This document shows positions 18,530 to 27,914 of a stretch of DNA of 64,000 nucleotides, piece after piece. The notes below the pieces were generated by a model. It was not told the origin of the DNA. It did no database searches and saw only the letters and a program-made list of their open reading frames with translations. The stretch's first letter is position 1; the number at the start of each line of letters is the position of its first letter. Origin of the DNA: Chthoniobacteraceae bacterium (lineage in GTDB: Bacteria > Verrucomicrobiota > Verrucomicrobiia > Chthoniobacterales > Chthoniobacteraceae); the NCBI GenBank assembly GCA_031409335.1, contig JANNWY010000170.1, forward strand, positions 140,041 through 204,040. Reading direction: 5' to 3'. Made by a program: the position numbers and the translations under genes.

Positions 18530-19374
18530 TGGCTGCATTTCGGCGTCGTTTGGTTTCGCTGCGTAACCGATTCCACCATCCCGGAGTGTCGGTGGCCTCT
18601 GGCTCAAGCCTCAATCCACAGGCGCAGATCGACCGGGGAGTGGGAATTGGCAGGGATTGCACGGTATTGAAAGCACGCCTGCGCGGTTCCTGCCGGGTGG
18701 ATGACCGGGTGTTGATCTGCGGCAACGCCGCCGTGAATGCTTCCAACTTGGGCTCCGATTGCCGGATCGAAACCGGCGCTCAAGTTTCCCGCAGCCTTTT
18801 GGAGTCCAGCATTGCGGTGCATCAAAATGCCGAGTTATGCGGAGTCAATGTCGGGCGCTTTTCCTATATCGCGCGAGAAACGGTGCTAAACGAAGTCAAT
18901 GTCGGAAGGTTTTGTTCGATCGGGCCAAGGTGCTTGATTGGCAGCGGAGATCATCCGGTGGACTGGGTTTCGACCTCGCCGGTCTTTTACTCGAATATCC
19001 AGCAAACCGGGCGCAGTCTTGCGGAAGGATTGCCGGCAAATGCCAGCTTTACGGAACGCCGCCGGATCGCGATCGGAAACGATGTCTGGATCGGAGCCCA
19101 CGTTTTTGTGCGCGATGGAGTGAACATCGGAAACGGTGCGATTGTCGCCGCCGGAGCGGTTGTGACTAAAGACGTGCCACCCTTTGCCTTGGTGGGTGGA
19201 GTCCCTGCCCGGAACATCCGCTTCCGCTTTCCGCCGGAGTTGGTAGAGCAACTTCAGTCCATCGCATGGTGGGACTGGCCGGAGGACCTTCTACGAGAGG
19301 CTCAGCCACTGATTTCCTCGGCGAAAATCGAGCCTTTTCTAGTCTTCGCCCGCGAACGCGGCAAACGCACATGA
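18526..19374 (+). CDS. CatB/Vat-like hexapeptide-repeat O-acetyltransferase with extended N-terminal beta-helix
   Basis: VGRFCSIG, HPVDWVST, IGNDVWIG, GAVVTKDVPP, IAWWDWP. Confidence 0.9.
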   Translation: MMAAFRRRLVSLRNRFHHPGVSVASGSSLNPQAQIDRGVGIGRDCTVLKARLRGSCRVDDRVLICGNAAVNASNLGSDCRIETGAQVSRSLLESSIAVHQNAELCGVNVGRFSYIARETVLNEVNVGRFCSIGPRCLIGSGDHPVDWVSTSPVFYSNIQQTGRSLAEGLPANASFTERRRIAIGNDVWIGAHVFVRDGVNIGNGAIVAAGAVVTKDVPPFALVGGVPARNIRFRFPPELVEQLQSIAWWDWPEDLLREAQPLISSAKIEPFLVFARERGKRT

Positions 19375-20309
19375 GCTTGGTTTCGGTCATCATCCCGGTT
19401 TATAACGCAACGCGCTTCCTACACGCCGCGATGGAAAGCGTCCTGAACCAGACCTATCGTGACCTGGAAGTAATCGCGGTCGATGACGGTTCGACCGACC
19501 CGTCCGGTGCCATCCTTGCGGCCTGCGCGGCCCGCGACTCCCGCATCCGGGTAATCAGCCGCCAAAACACCGGAATTGTCGGTGCGCTAAACGACGGCGT
19601 GGCTGCGGCACATGGAGACCTCATCGCCCGGATGGATGCCGATGACATCTGCCTCCCTCTGCGCTTGGAAAAGCAAGTCGCCTATCTGACCGACCATCCG
19701 GAATGTGTGGCCGTCGGCACCGATGTCCTTTACACCGATCCGGAGAGCGCGCCTCTGATCCGGCACTACCCTTCCGTGCATCACGAAGGAATTGTGGAGC
19801 AATTGCTGGACGGCAATGGCGGGGCACTCATTCATCCGACGGTCATGGTCCGCCGCCGCTCCCTTGAAGAAGCGGGTGGCTACCGGGCGCGCTATCAGTG
19901 GATCGAAGATCTGGATCTTTACCTGCGGCTTTCCGACCGGGGATGGCTGGCGAACCTTCCCGAGATTCATCTTCACTACCGCCAGCATCTCCAAAGCGTC
20001 AATTACACGCGCCGCGACCGTGACGGGCTGCGGATGGAATTGCTGCACCCGCGCCGTCAGGCGCTGGGTTTGCCTCCGCTGGCGCCGGGGCCTTTGGAAA
20101 CGCAAAGATATCGCGCGGCGGACTGGCGTCGCCACTGGGCCTATGATGCCGCGCGCGGCGGCAACTGGGCTTCCGCCCGCAAGAATGCGCGAAAGGCACT
20201 GGCCGCGTCCCCTTTCGACCGGCGGAACTGGCAGTGTGTTCGCTACACGATGACTGCTTCATCGAATCTGGGAGATCGAGCCGGGAAGGTGGCGATGACA
20301 TCCCCGTGA
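19371..20309 (+). CDS. GT2 glycosyltransferase
   Basis: VSVIIPVYN, VDDGSTD, RMDADD, EDLDL. Confidence 0.92.
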   Translation: MSLVSVIIPVYNATRFLHAAMESVLNQTYRDLEVIAVDDGSTDPSGAILAACAARDSRIRVISRQNTGIVGALNDGVAAAHGDLIARMDADDICLPLRLEKQVAYLTDHPECVAVGTDVLYTDPESAPLIRHYPSVHHEGIVEQLLDGNGGALIHPTVMVRRRSLEEAGGYRARYQWIEDLDLYLRLSDRGWLANLPEIHLHYRQHLQSVNYTRRDRDGLRMELLHPRRQALGLPPLAPGPLETQRYRAADWRRHWAYDAARGGNWASARKNARKALAASPFDRRNWQCVRYTMTASSNLGDRAGKVAMTSP

Positions 20310-21271
20310 ACCCTTTTCGTTCACTCGTGCATAAAGTCATGGAGACTTCGGGCCTGGACCGCCGGATCGACGCGCACCTAATCAATCGCTGGGTAGAACA
20401 CCGGCAGCAGCAGACGCATCCGGTGATGGACGCCGAAGCTACAAATTGCTGGCTTGGAGAAACCATATCCCAGGCCCGTCCGGCGGCCATCGGCAAGCTG
20501 GGCTCCAGTGAGTGCTGGGCGCTGACATGGCATTTGTGCTTTCGGCGATTCTACAAATATACGTGGTGTTCCCCGGCCTTCGGTGAACTGGACCTGGCGG
20601 AGCAGTCCGGCGTGTTTCCGAAGACGGAGGAGCTGTTCCATCGGTTCGCGGAACTATACTTGGAGCGGCTTCGCAGTCTGGACGGAAGCGCGGTATGGCA
20701 GAACGTCGGCGAGGGTCGCATCCTGCGGAAATATGCTCCTTCGGCGCAGTGGCTGTCGATCCAGGGGCTGGAGCCCTATCTTTTTTCACAACCCTGGTCG
20801 CAAGCACTGGCTGGCAAACGGATTCTGGTGATCCATCCTTTTGCGGAAAGCATTCGCTCGCAGTTCAGCCGTCGCGATCTCGTTTGGAGGGATATGCCGA
20901 ATGTTCTGCCGGAGTGCGAAATAGAGGTCATTCGTGCTCCGTACGGATTTTCAAAAACGGATTTTGCGGATTGGTTCGACATGTTGCAATGGCTGGAAAC
21001 GGAGGTGGACAAAGCATTTGCAAGGGAGCCGTTTCAGGTGGCTTTGATCGGATGCGGAGCGGCGGGCATTCCGCTGGCGGCGAAGGTGAAGGCGATGGGT
21101 GGAATCGGCATCCATCTTGGCGGACCATTGCAACTTCTGTTTGGAATTCGCGGACGGCGCTGGGAAAAGCTTCCCGGCTTCGACCGCATCTTCAACGAAT
21201 CCTGGATCCGGCCTGCTTCCGAAGAAACACCGGAAACTGCGAATGTCGTCGATAACGGTGGATATTGGTAA
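20306..21271 (+). CDS. Conserved polysaccharide-locus hypothetical protein (possible GT-D-like fold)
   Basis: Translationally coupled. Motifs KLGSSE, LEPY, RILVIHPF, ALIGCGA, IHLGG.LQLLFGIRG.RW, GGYW. The fold call is inference. Confidence 0.7.
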   Translation: MNPFRSLVHKVMETSGLDRRIDAHLINRWVEHRQQQTHPVMDAEATNCWLGETISQARPAAIGKLGSSECWALTWHLCFRRFYKYTWCSPAFGELDLAEQSGVFPKTEELFHRFAELYLERLRSLDGSAVWQNVGEGRILRKYAPSAQWLSIQGLEPYLFSQPWSQALAGKRILVIHPFAESIRSQFSRRDLVWRDMPNVLPECEIEVIRAPYGFSKTDFADWFDMLQWLETEVDKAFAREPFQVALIGCGAAGIPLAAKVKAMGGIGIHLGGPLQLLFGIRGRRWEKLPGFDRIFNESWIRPASEETPETANVVDNGGYW

Positions 21272-21283
21272 CCGTGAAACACT

Positions 21284-22246
21284 ATGAAGGACGAGACTAA
21301 CACAGGCTTTGACAAAACCAGCTATGCCGCCCACGAGTTGCTGTACGACAATGAGAAGGCGGCGCTTCTCGTTTCGACCTGGACGAAGGACGGGACCGTG
21401 GATGCCTGGAGGCACAAACAGATGTACGAATGCCTTGACCCGCTACTCTCGGAGGTTCAGGGAGCACACTGGCTTACGGTCGGGGATGGCCGCTGCGGGA
21501 CTGACGCCCACTATTTGGAGCAGCACGGGATGAAAGCCCTGGCCAGCGATATTTCCGACACGATGCTAAAGAGCGCGCAAGCCATTGGATTCATCAGCCA
21601 GTATAAAAAGGAAAACGCGGAGAAGCTTTCCTTCGAGGACAACACTTTCGACTTTGTCCTTTGCAAGGAGGCTTATCACCATTTTCCGCGTCCCATAGTG
21701 GCCTTGTACGAAATGCTGCGGGTGGCGAGAAAGGGTGTGGTTCTTATCGAGCCGGATGACAGCCCGGTGGTCATGGGTGGAAAGCACATCCTGAAAATGA
21801 TAGTGAAACGGCTCTTGATTCGAGCCGGACTCGGTCATCGTTTTGGAGACCAGCGCACCAACATTATCGACTGTGGCAGCAATTGGTATGAAGACGTCGG
21901 CAATTTTGGTTATTCCATCTCGCAGCGGGAGATCGAAAAAGTGGCGCTCGGCCTGGACCTTCCACAAGTCGCGTTCAAGGGAATCAACGATGTCTATGTC
22001 GAAGGGGTGGAACACGAGATTCTTTCTCCCGACTCGAAAATGTTCCGGCAGATTCAAGCCGACATTGGCGAGATGGACCGGAAAGCCAGCCGCGGATTGA
22101 ACCGGGGACGTTTTAAGCTGCTGGTAGCGATGATATTCAAGCAGTCAGCGGACGACAAACTAAGAAACTCCCTCGCCAGGGCGGGCTTTGATTTGCGCGA
22201 TCTTCCGCGCAATCCCTACGGGGCGTCCGCCAGTCCGGCTCTCTAA
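21284..22246 (+). CDS. Class I SAM-dependent methyltransferase
   Basis: LTVGDG, ASDISD, NAEKLSFEDNTFD, YHHFPRP..ALYEMLRV. Confidence 0.85.
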   Translation: MKDETNTGFDKTSYAAHELLYDNEKAALLVSTWTKDGTVDAWRHKQMYECLDPLLSEVQGAHWLTVGDGRCGTDAHYLEQHGMKALASDISDTMLKSAQAIGFISQYKKENAEKLSFEDNTFDFVLCKEAYHHFPRPIVALYEMLRVARKGVVLIEPDDSPVVMGGKHILKMIVKRLLIRAGLGHRFGDQRTNIIDCGSNWYEDVGNFGYSISQREIEKVALGLDLPQVAFKGINDVYVEGVEHEILSPDSKMFRQIQADIGEMDRKASRGLNRGRFKLLVAMIFKQSADDKLRNSLARAGFDLRDLPRNPYGASASPAL

Positions 22247-22253
22247 AAGTAGC

Positions 22254-23036
22254 ATGTCATCCCTTTGTGAAGACGCCGACAAAGTGAGTTTGCCGCTCAT
22301 TGCCTTGCTCCGAAAATGGCTGATCGGGCGGACGTCGATCGTGGAAATCGAACAGCACTATTTAATTGCCTCGGTCTTGTCCGATCAATCCGTGGTCATG
22401 GATTTGGGAGCCAATATGGGCAGGTTTTCCGCGCAAGTCCTTGCCCGGTTCGGATGCCAGGTCTTTGCCGTCGAGCCGGAGCAGGCAAATTACGAAGCTA
22501 TTCAGGAGCACCCGAAACTGCGCAAATTTCAGGCGGCTGTCGGCGGCAAATGCGGGCGCTCCGGAATCAGCATTTCTTCGGACTCCACAGGGCATCGTTT
22601 GCATGCGCTGGCTGGAACGGAGACGGCCACAGAGCAGGTGGTGACTGTGCATGACTTTCCATCGCTAATGGCACTGGGCGACATCCGGCGGATCGACGTG
22701 ATGAAGCTCGATGTCGAGGGTTCCGAATGGGATTGGCTTGATTCGATGAGCGATGAACAACTCAAGTCAGTTGGCCAGTTGACCGTCGAATTTCACGGCT
22801 TCCTGCCCGAGTATCGGGAAAGCAACCGGACGTGGGCGAACTATCAAAGGCTGATGGGGCTTGGATTTCATTGCATCGAAGATCCGAAGTTCGGTTCCTA
22901 CAATGTCCTTTTTGTGAACCGGCGGATAATGATCAGTCGGCTGGCTGACCGCGTTTTGCTTCCGGTCCTTGGAAAGTTGCTCGGCATGCAATGGAAACTA
23001 AGCAGACTGCAGCAGCGCCTCCTTCCATCGGCCTGA
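22254..23036 (+). CDS. FkbM-family methyltransferase
   Basis: MDLGANMG, AVEPE, MKLDVEGSE, QLTVEFH. Confidence 0.9.
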   Translation: MSSLCEDADKVSLPLIALLRKWLIGRTSIVEIEQHYLIASVLSDQSVVMDLGANMGRFSAQVLARFGCQVFAVEPEQANYEAIQEHPKLRKFQAAVGGKCGRSGISISSDSTGHRLHALAGTETATEQVVTVHDFPSLMALGDIRRIDVMKLDVEGSEWDWLDSMSDEQLKSVGQLTVEFHGFLPEYRESNRTWANYQRLMGLGFHCIEDPKFGSYNVLFVNRRIMISRLADRVLLPVLGKLLGMQWKLSRLQQRLLPSA

Positions 23037-23045
23037 TCGAAGAGG

Positions 23046-24194
23046 ATGTCATCCGGTTCGAGACTCGTTTATTTCGGCCATGCGCCGATGGAGGGTGCAG
23101 GCAGTGCGATCATTGTTTACCGGCATCTGCAGCGTCTCTCGGCGAAAGGATGGGGCATCACTGTCGTATCGGATTGGGGGCAGGAGTTGAAATACTGCGA
23201 ACAGGAAGGCTGGCCGGTGTTTCATCTGACGCATCGCAAGTCGTGGTGGCCCCCCTACGATCCGGCGAACCCATTGCTGCGCGGGATTCGGCACTGGCTG
23301 TGGGCGGGCGAGTGCGACCGCTTTCTCAAAGGCGTCCGACCCGACGCGGTGTTCACTTACCTTTCCGCCTTCACCAGCTTTATGTCGCAAGTCGCTCTGG
23401 CCTACTCCCGCCGTTATCGTCTGCCGCTGTCGCTCATCGCCCACGACGATCCCGCGTGCTTTGCCCAGTCTCCGGAGACCGGCGTGGAAATGAGACGGAC
23501 CTACCAGGCGATCGTCGGGCGTGCGCATCGGAACTGGTTTGCCTCCCCGGAACTGGCCGCGATTTACGATCTGCCAGACTCCCGGCGCACGACCTTGCCG
23601 CCCATCCCCGATGGGTTCGAGGCGTCGCCGGATTGGAAGCCCGAGTTCGCCGCATCCCCGCTGGTGGTTTACGCTGGAAACTACTGGCCGGCACAACTGC
23701 CGCTTCTGGCACGAATGGCTCGCGAGACGGCGGCGGCAGGCGGGCGGCTGATGCTTTTGGTTAAAAAAAGTCCCGAGGTGGAAGCCTTGTGCCGCGAGGA
23801 ACCGGTGCTTTGGCGCGAACCCTTCCGCGAGAACCGGGAAGCCCTCGCCTTCCTCGCGGAAAACGCGGCCGGCTTGCTGGTTTCGTACACCGAATCTAGC
23901 GATGCGATGCCTTGGATTCGCACCAGCTTTCCCAGCAAACTGATCGAATACACCCATCTGGGTCTGCCCATCATGATTTATGCCCCTGCAGATAGCGCGG
24001 TCGCTGGCTGGGCTAGAAAGCGGGATTTTATGGACTATGCGACGCCGCAAACACCGGGCGCGGTGGCGGGCTTTGTTGAGTCTCTCAAAAACCGTGAGGC
24101 ATGGCATTGCAAAGCGGTGTTTTCCCGCAAGTTTGCGACCACGGAGTTTGACCCTGTGCGGATTCAAGATGCATTTGAAGCTGGGCTGAACTGA
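23046..24194 (+). CDS. Putative GT-B glycosyltransferase
   Basis: Operonic position; IAHDD, VYAGN and SFPSKLIEY..LGLPI motifs. Confidence 0.72.
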   Translation: MSSGSRLVYFGHAPMEGAGSAIIVYRHLQRLSAKGWGITVVSDWGQELKYCEQEGWPVFHLTHRKSWWPPYDPANPLLRGIRHWLWAGECDRFLKGVRPDAVFTYLSAFTSFMSQVALAYSRRYRLPLSLIAHDDPACFAQSPETGVEMRRTYQAIVGRAHRNWFASPELAAIYDLPDSRRTTLPPIPDGFEASPDWKPEFAASPLVVYAGNYWPAQLPLLARMARETAAAGGRLMLLVKKSPEVEALCREEPVLWREPFRENREALAFLAENAAGLLVSYTESSDAMPWIRTSFPSKLIEYTHLGLPIMIYAPADSAVAGWARKRDFMDYATPQTPGAVAGFVESLKNREAWHCKAVFSRKFATTEFDPVRIQDAFEAGLN

Positions 24195-24203
24195 TACGAA
24201 CCC

Positions 24204-25298
24204 ATGCAACCAATCTCTGATGCTGAAATGCCAGTAGCCATCGTGGGCTGCGGTGCCATCAGTCGTTTCTTTTATTCCGAAGCTTTCAAGGCGCTGGCCG
24301 GGCCTGAAAGGCTTCGGGTAACGGCCCTCGTGGACCCATCCCGCGAGAACCTAAGCCACTTGGCAAAGGATTTTCCCGAGGCTCGCCGGTTTGCCGCGAT
24401 CGAGGAGGCTGACATTGGCCGAGAACATCTCGTCATCGTCGCTTCGCCGCCAAAGTTTCACGCGGCGCAAAGCATTCTGGCGCTCGGCAAGGGAGCGGCA
24501 GTCCTCTGCGAGAAACCGATGGCAGCTTCCATTGAGGATGCGGAAGCGATGGCGCTGGCCGCGCGGGAAACTAAAGGGATTCTCGCCATCGGCCTCTACC
24601 GGCGTTTTTTCCAAGCCACCGAGGCGATCCGCGCGCTGATCCAGCATCAGTCGCTCGGACGTTTGCAGAGTTTTCAAATTCGCGAGGGCGGGCCTTTCGG
24701 CTGGCAGGCAGCCTCGGAATCGTTTTTTCGCCGCTCTGCGACGCCGGGCGGCGTGCTGTATGACACCGGGGTTCACACGCTCGACCTAATCCTTTGGTGG
24801 CTGGGTGAGCCAGTCGATCTAATTTATGAAGACGACGCGATGGGAGGACTGGAGTCAAATTGCCGGATTGAACTTACGTACGCAAACCAATGTAAGGGTG
24901 AAGTGCGCCTGAGCCGGGACTGGAAGACGGATAACCGCTACACCTTTTTCTTTGAGCACGGTTTTGCGCGGTGGACGGTCAATGACGCCAACCATCTCGA
25001 AGTGTTCATGGAAGGACTGCCGGTTTCCATGCGCGGTGAGTTAATCCATGTCTCGCAAAAGGGTGAGCGGGTCATCGAGCGAGGCATCGCATGCACGAAC
25101 CCGCAATGCTTTATCGAGCAGGTGCGAAACGCAGCTGCGGCAAAGCGCGGGCTGGATAGTCTTAAGATTCCAGCCGCGGAAGGGATTCGTTCGCTGAGGC
25201 TGATCGAGCGGTGCTACCGAAATCGCCAGTTGCTCAAGATGCCATGGATGACTGCCGATCAGGAGATTGAAGCCCGGCGTCTGGCTGTCGCGGTATGA
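24204..25298 (+). CDS. Gfo/Idh/MocA oxidoreductase
   Basis: IVGCGAIS, VLCEKPMA, GGVLYDTGVH. Confidence 0.92.
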   Translation: MQPISDAEMPVAIVGCGAISRFFYSEAFKALAGPERLRVTALVDPSRENLSHLAKDFPEARRFAAIEEADIGREHLVIVASPPKFHAAQSILALGKGAAVLCEKPMAASIEDAEAMALAARETKGILAIGLYRRFFQATEAIRALIQHQSLGRLQSFQIREGGPFGWQAASESFFRRSATPGGVLYDTGVHTLDLILWWLGEPVDLIYEDDAMGGLESNCRIELTYANQCKGEVRLSRDWKTDNRYTFFFEHGFARWTVNDANHLEVFMEGLPVSMRGELIHVSQKGERVIERGIACTNPQCFIEQVRNAAAAKRGLDSLKIPAAEGIRSLRLIERCYRNRQLLKMPWMTADQEIEARRLAVAV

Positions 25299-26383
25299 AA
25301 GTCGCGGTTGTCGGCGCCAGCGGATTCGTCGGAACACGCCTGGTGGAGCACCTTGTCCTCGGGCGCGTCGCGGAAGTCGTTCCGGTGGTCCGCTCGTTTT
25401 CGAGTCTCGCCGTTGTCGCGCGCTTTGAACTGCCTTGGAAAGTCTGCGATGTGATGGACCCCATCAGTCTCGCGACCGCGTTTGCCGGATGCGATGCGGT
25501 GGTTCACGCGGCACTGGGTGATCCGGGACAGATTGTGAAGATGGCCGGATCGGTGTACACCGCAGCGGAGAAAGCCGGAGTGAAGCGGTTGGTGGCGCTG
25601 AGCAGTGCCGCGGTTCATGGATTGAATCCACCGCCCGGAACGGATGAGCGGACGCCGATTCACGGCCGCCAGTCGATGGACTATAATAATGCCAAAGTCC
25701 GGGCCGAGCAGGTGCTCCGCAAATCACGGGAGCTAGGGAAGGTCGAGTTAGTCTTGCTCCGTCCCAGCATCGTCTATGGCGCGCGCTCCCGCCTTTTCCC
25801 GAGTGTGGTGGAAAAGCTGATCTCAGGTACGGCCTTCCTAATCAATGATGGGCAGGGTATCTGCAACGGGATCTATGTGGACAACCTGATCGAAGCTATC
25901 TGCCTGGCACTGTTCTGCGACAAAGCGGACGGAGAGGCATTCTTGGTTGGCGACGCCGACACGGTGGCCTGGCGCGAAATCTATGCCTGCCTGGCAGATG
26001 CACTGGGTATCCGCTTGGATAGTGTCCACCGCGTGATAGCTCCGACCTTTCGGAAATCATTCAAGGAGCGTGTGGAAAGCTTCGTAGCCACACCTTTGGC
26101 CCAGTCAATACTGCCCGCCATCCCGGGCGAGGCCAAGCGGCTAACAAAAGTAGTTCTCGGCGCACTCAAGCGACCCATGCCCCCCAATGCATGGACGCTA
26201 CCCGAGCCACCCGCCGCGCAAATCGACGAAGAAATGACCGCGCTTCAGCAGTGCGTTTGGAAATACCCGAATGAAAAAGCGGTGAAGTTGATGGGGTTCC
26301 AACCACCGGTTTCGTTCCAAGAAGGAATGCGCCGAACAATCGCGTGGATGGAGTTCGCAGGCTACCCGCTGAACCACCGATGA
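25295..26383 (+). CDS. NAD-dependent epimerase/dehydratase
   Basis: VGASGFVG, SSAAVHG, YNNAK, LRPSIVYG. Confidence 0.9.
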   Translation: MKVAVVGASGFVGTRLVEHLVLGRVAEVVPVVRSFSSLAVVARFELPWKVCDVMDPISLATAFAGCDAVVHAALGDPGQIVKMAGSVYTAAEKAGVKRLVALSSAAVHGLNPPPGTDERTPIHGRQSMDYNNAKVRAEQVLRKSRELGKVELVLLRPSIVYGARSRLFPSVVEKLISGTAFLINDGQGICNGIYVDNLIEAICLALFCDKADGEAFLVGDADTVAWREIYACLADALGIRLDSVHRVIAPTFRKSFKERVESFVATPLAQSILPAIPGEAKRLTKVVLGALKRPMPPNAWTLPEPPAAQIDEEMTALQQCVWKYPNEKAVKLMGFQPPVSFQEGMRRTIAWMEFAGYPLNHR

Positions 26384-26396
26384 AAGGTACTGTTCC

Positions 26397-27908
26397 GTGC
26401 TGTTCAATTCCCACATCTTCCTTTTTGCATTCCTTCCAGTTGTCTTCACTGGATTTTGGCTGCTCACCGGCAAGGCCGACGGTACTTGGGCGCGGCGCTG
26501 GATACTAGCAGCATCACTCTTCTTTTTTGCTTGGTGGCACCCACCAGATCTTTTAGTCTTGGGCTGTTCGCTCGTTGGCAACTTCCTCATTAGTCGGCTC
26601 ATCTTCGCCCGATCTCCGCGTTCAGCGCACTGGCTGCTTGCCTTGGGAGTTGCGGGCAATCTTTCTCTCCTTGGTTACTTTAAGTACACAACGCTGGTTG
26701 TTGCCACGGCACATTGGCTGGCCGGGGGCTCCTTTTCCGTTGGCGACATCGTGCTGCCTCTCGCAATTTCGTTTTTTACGTTCAATCAGATTGCCTACCT
26801 CGTGGATTGCCACCGCGGCGAGGGTGCCAGCTACAGCTTTGATGACTACTGTCTATTCATCACCTTTTTCCCGCATCTGATCGCCGGTCCCATCGTCCAT
26901 CATCGCGAGATGATGCCGCAGCTTACAGCCACCCGGAGATTCGATGCGATGATGGTCGCGCAAGGCGCAACGCTGTTCGTCCTCGGACTCGGCAAGAAGG
27001 TGCTGCTCCCAGATACGGTGGCCAGGTATGCCACGCCTGTATTCCTACAGGCGAACCTTGGCAACGCGCCTACGCTGCTCGATGCCTGGCTCGGCGCACT
27101 CGCTTACACTTCCCAACTCTATTTCGATTTTTCCGGATACTCGGATATGGCGATCGGCCTCGGAATGATGTTCGGCATTGTCTTCCCGGTGAACTTTGCC
27201 TCGCCCTACCGCGCCACAACCATTGCCGACTTCTGGCGGCGCTGGCATATTACGCTATCGCGCTTCTTGCGTGAATATCTATACATTCCACTTGGTGGAA
27301 ATCGCAGCGGTCCCACACGCACGTCGATCAATCTGATGACCACGATGCTTCTCGGCGGCCTCTGGCACGGAGCCGGATGGACGTTTGTCGCATGGGGCGG
27401 CCTGCACGGTTGCTATCTGCTGATCCACCAGCGATTCAGCGCAGCGATCATCGGCACGCGTCTCGCGGCGGCTTTGACTCGCGGACCTGGATTGGTTGCC
27501 TGCTGGGCAATCACATTCATCGGGGTAGTCTTCGGCTGGGTGCTTTTTCGCGCGGATACCTTCACGTCCGCGATGAGTCTGTGGAAAGGTATGGTCGGAA
27601 TGAATGGCATCGCGCTCCCCGAACGCCACGTTGCGGCGCTGGCGCGGGTTGGGCTTGAGTTCTCTGCCCGCCCTCTCATTCTCAATCCGAGCGTGGAAGT
27701 GCTTGCTTGGATTCTTGGGCTTGTTGCCATCGCTGCGCTGCTGCCAAACTCCCAACAACTCGTGCGGCATGCACCACCGATGCCGACATGGGCGCGTTGG
27801 GCGGAGTGGCGTCCGTCTCTGCCATGGGCGCTCGGCACATCCTGCATCGCCATCACCGTGGTGCTTCATCTCACGCAGGTTAGCGAGTTTCTCTATTTCA
27901 AATTCTAA
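26397..27908 (+). CDS. MBOAT polysaccharide O-acyltransferase (AlgI/PatA-like)
   Basis: PLAISFFTF, FFPHLIAGPI, DFSGYSDMA, FWRRWHITLS, GLWHGA; C-terminal SEFLYFKF. Confidence 0.93.
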   Translation: MLFNSHIFLFAFLPVVFTGFWLLTGKADGTWARRWILAASLFFFAWWHPPDLLVLGCSLVGNFLISRLIFARSPRSAHWLLALGVAGNLSLLGYFKYTTLVVATAHWLAGGSFSVGDIVLPLAISFFTFNQIAYLVDCHRGEGASYSFDDYCLFITFFPHLIAGPIVHHREMMPQLTATRRFDAMMVAQGATLFVLGLGKKVLLPDTVARYATPVFLQANLGNAPTLLDAWLGALAYTSQLYFDFSGYSDMAIGLGMMFGIVFPVNFASPYRATTIADFWRRWHITLSRFLREYLYIPLGGNRSGPTRTSINLMTTMLLGGLWHGAGWTFVAWGGLHGCYLLIHQRFSAAIIGTRLAAALTRGPGLVACWAITFIGVVFGWVLFRADTFTSAMSLWKGMVGMNGIALPERHVAALARVGLEFSARPLILNPSVEVLAWILGLVAIAALLPNSQQLVRHAPPMPTWARWAEWRPSLPWALGTSCIAITVVLHLTQVSEFLYFKF

Positions 27909-27914
27909 AATTCG

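Noticed and set aside
18526..19374. Antibiotic-resistance (CatB/Vat) gene
   Set aside because: Translationally coupled inside a polysaccharide operon; sugar O-acetylation is more parsimonious.
23049..24209. 386-aa antisense ORF mirroring the GT-like gene
   Set aside because: Shadow ORF of GC-rich coding sequence with no motifs; the + strand gene fits the operon.
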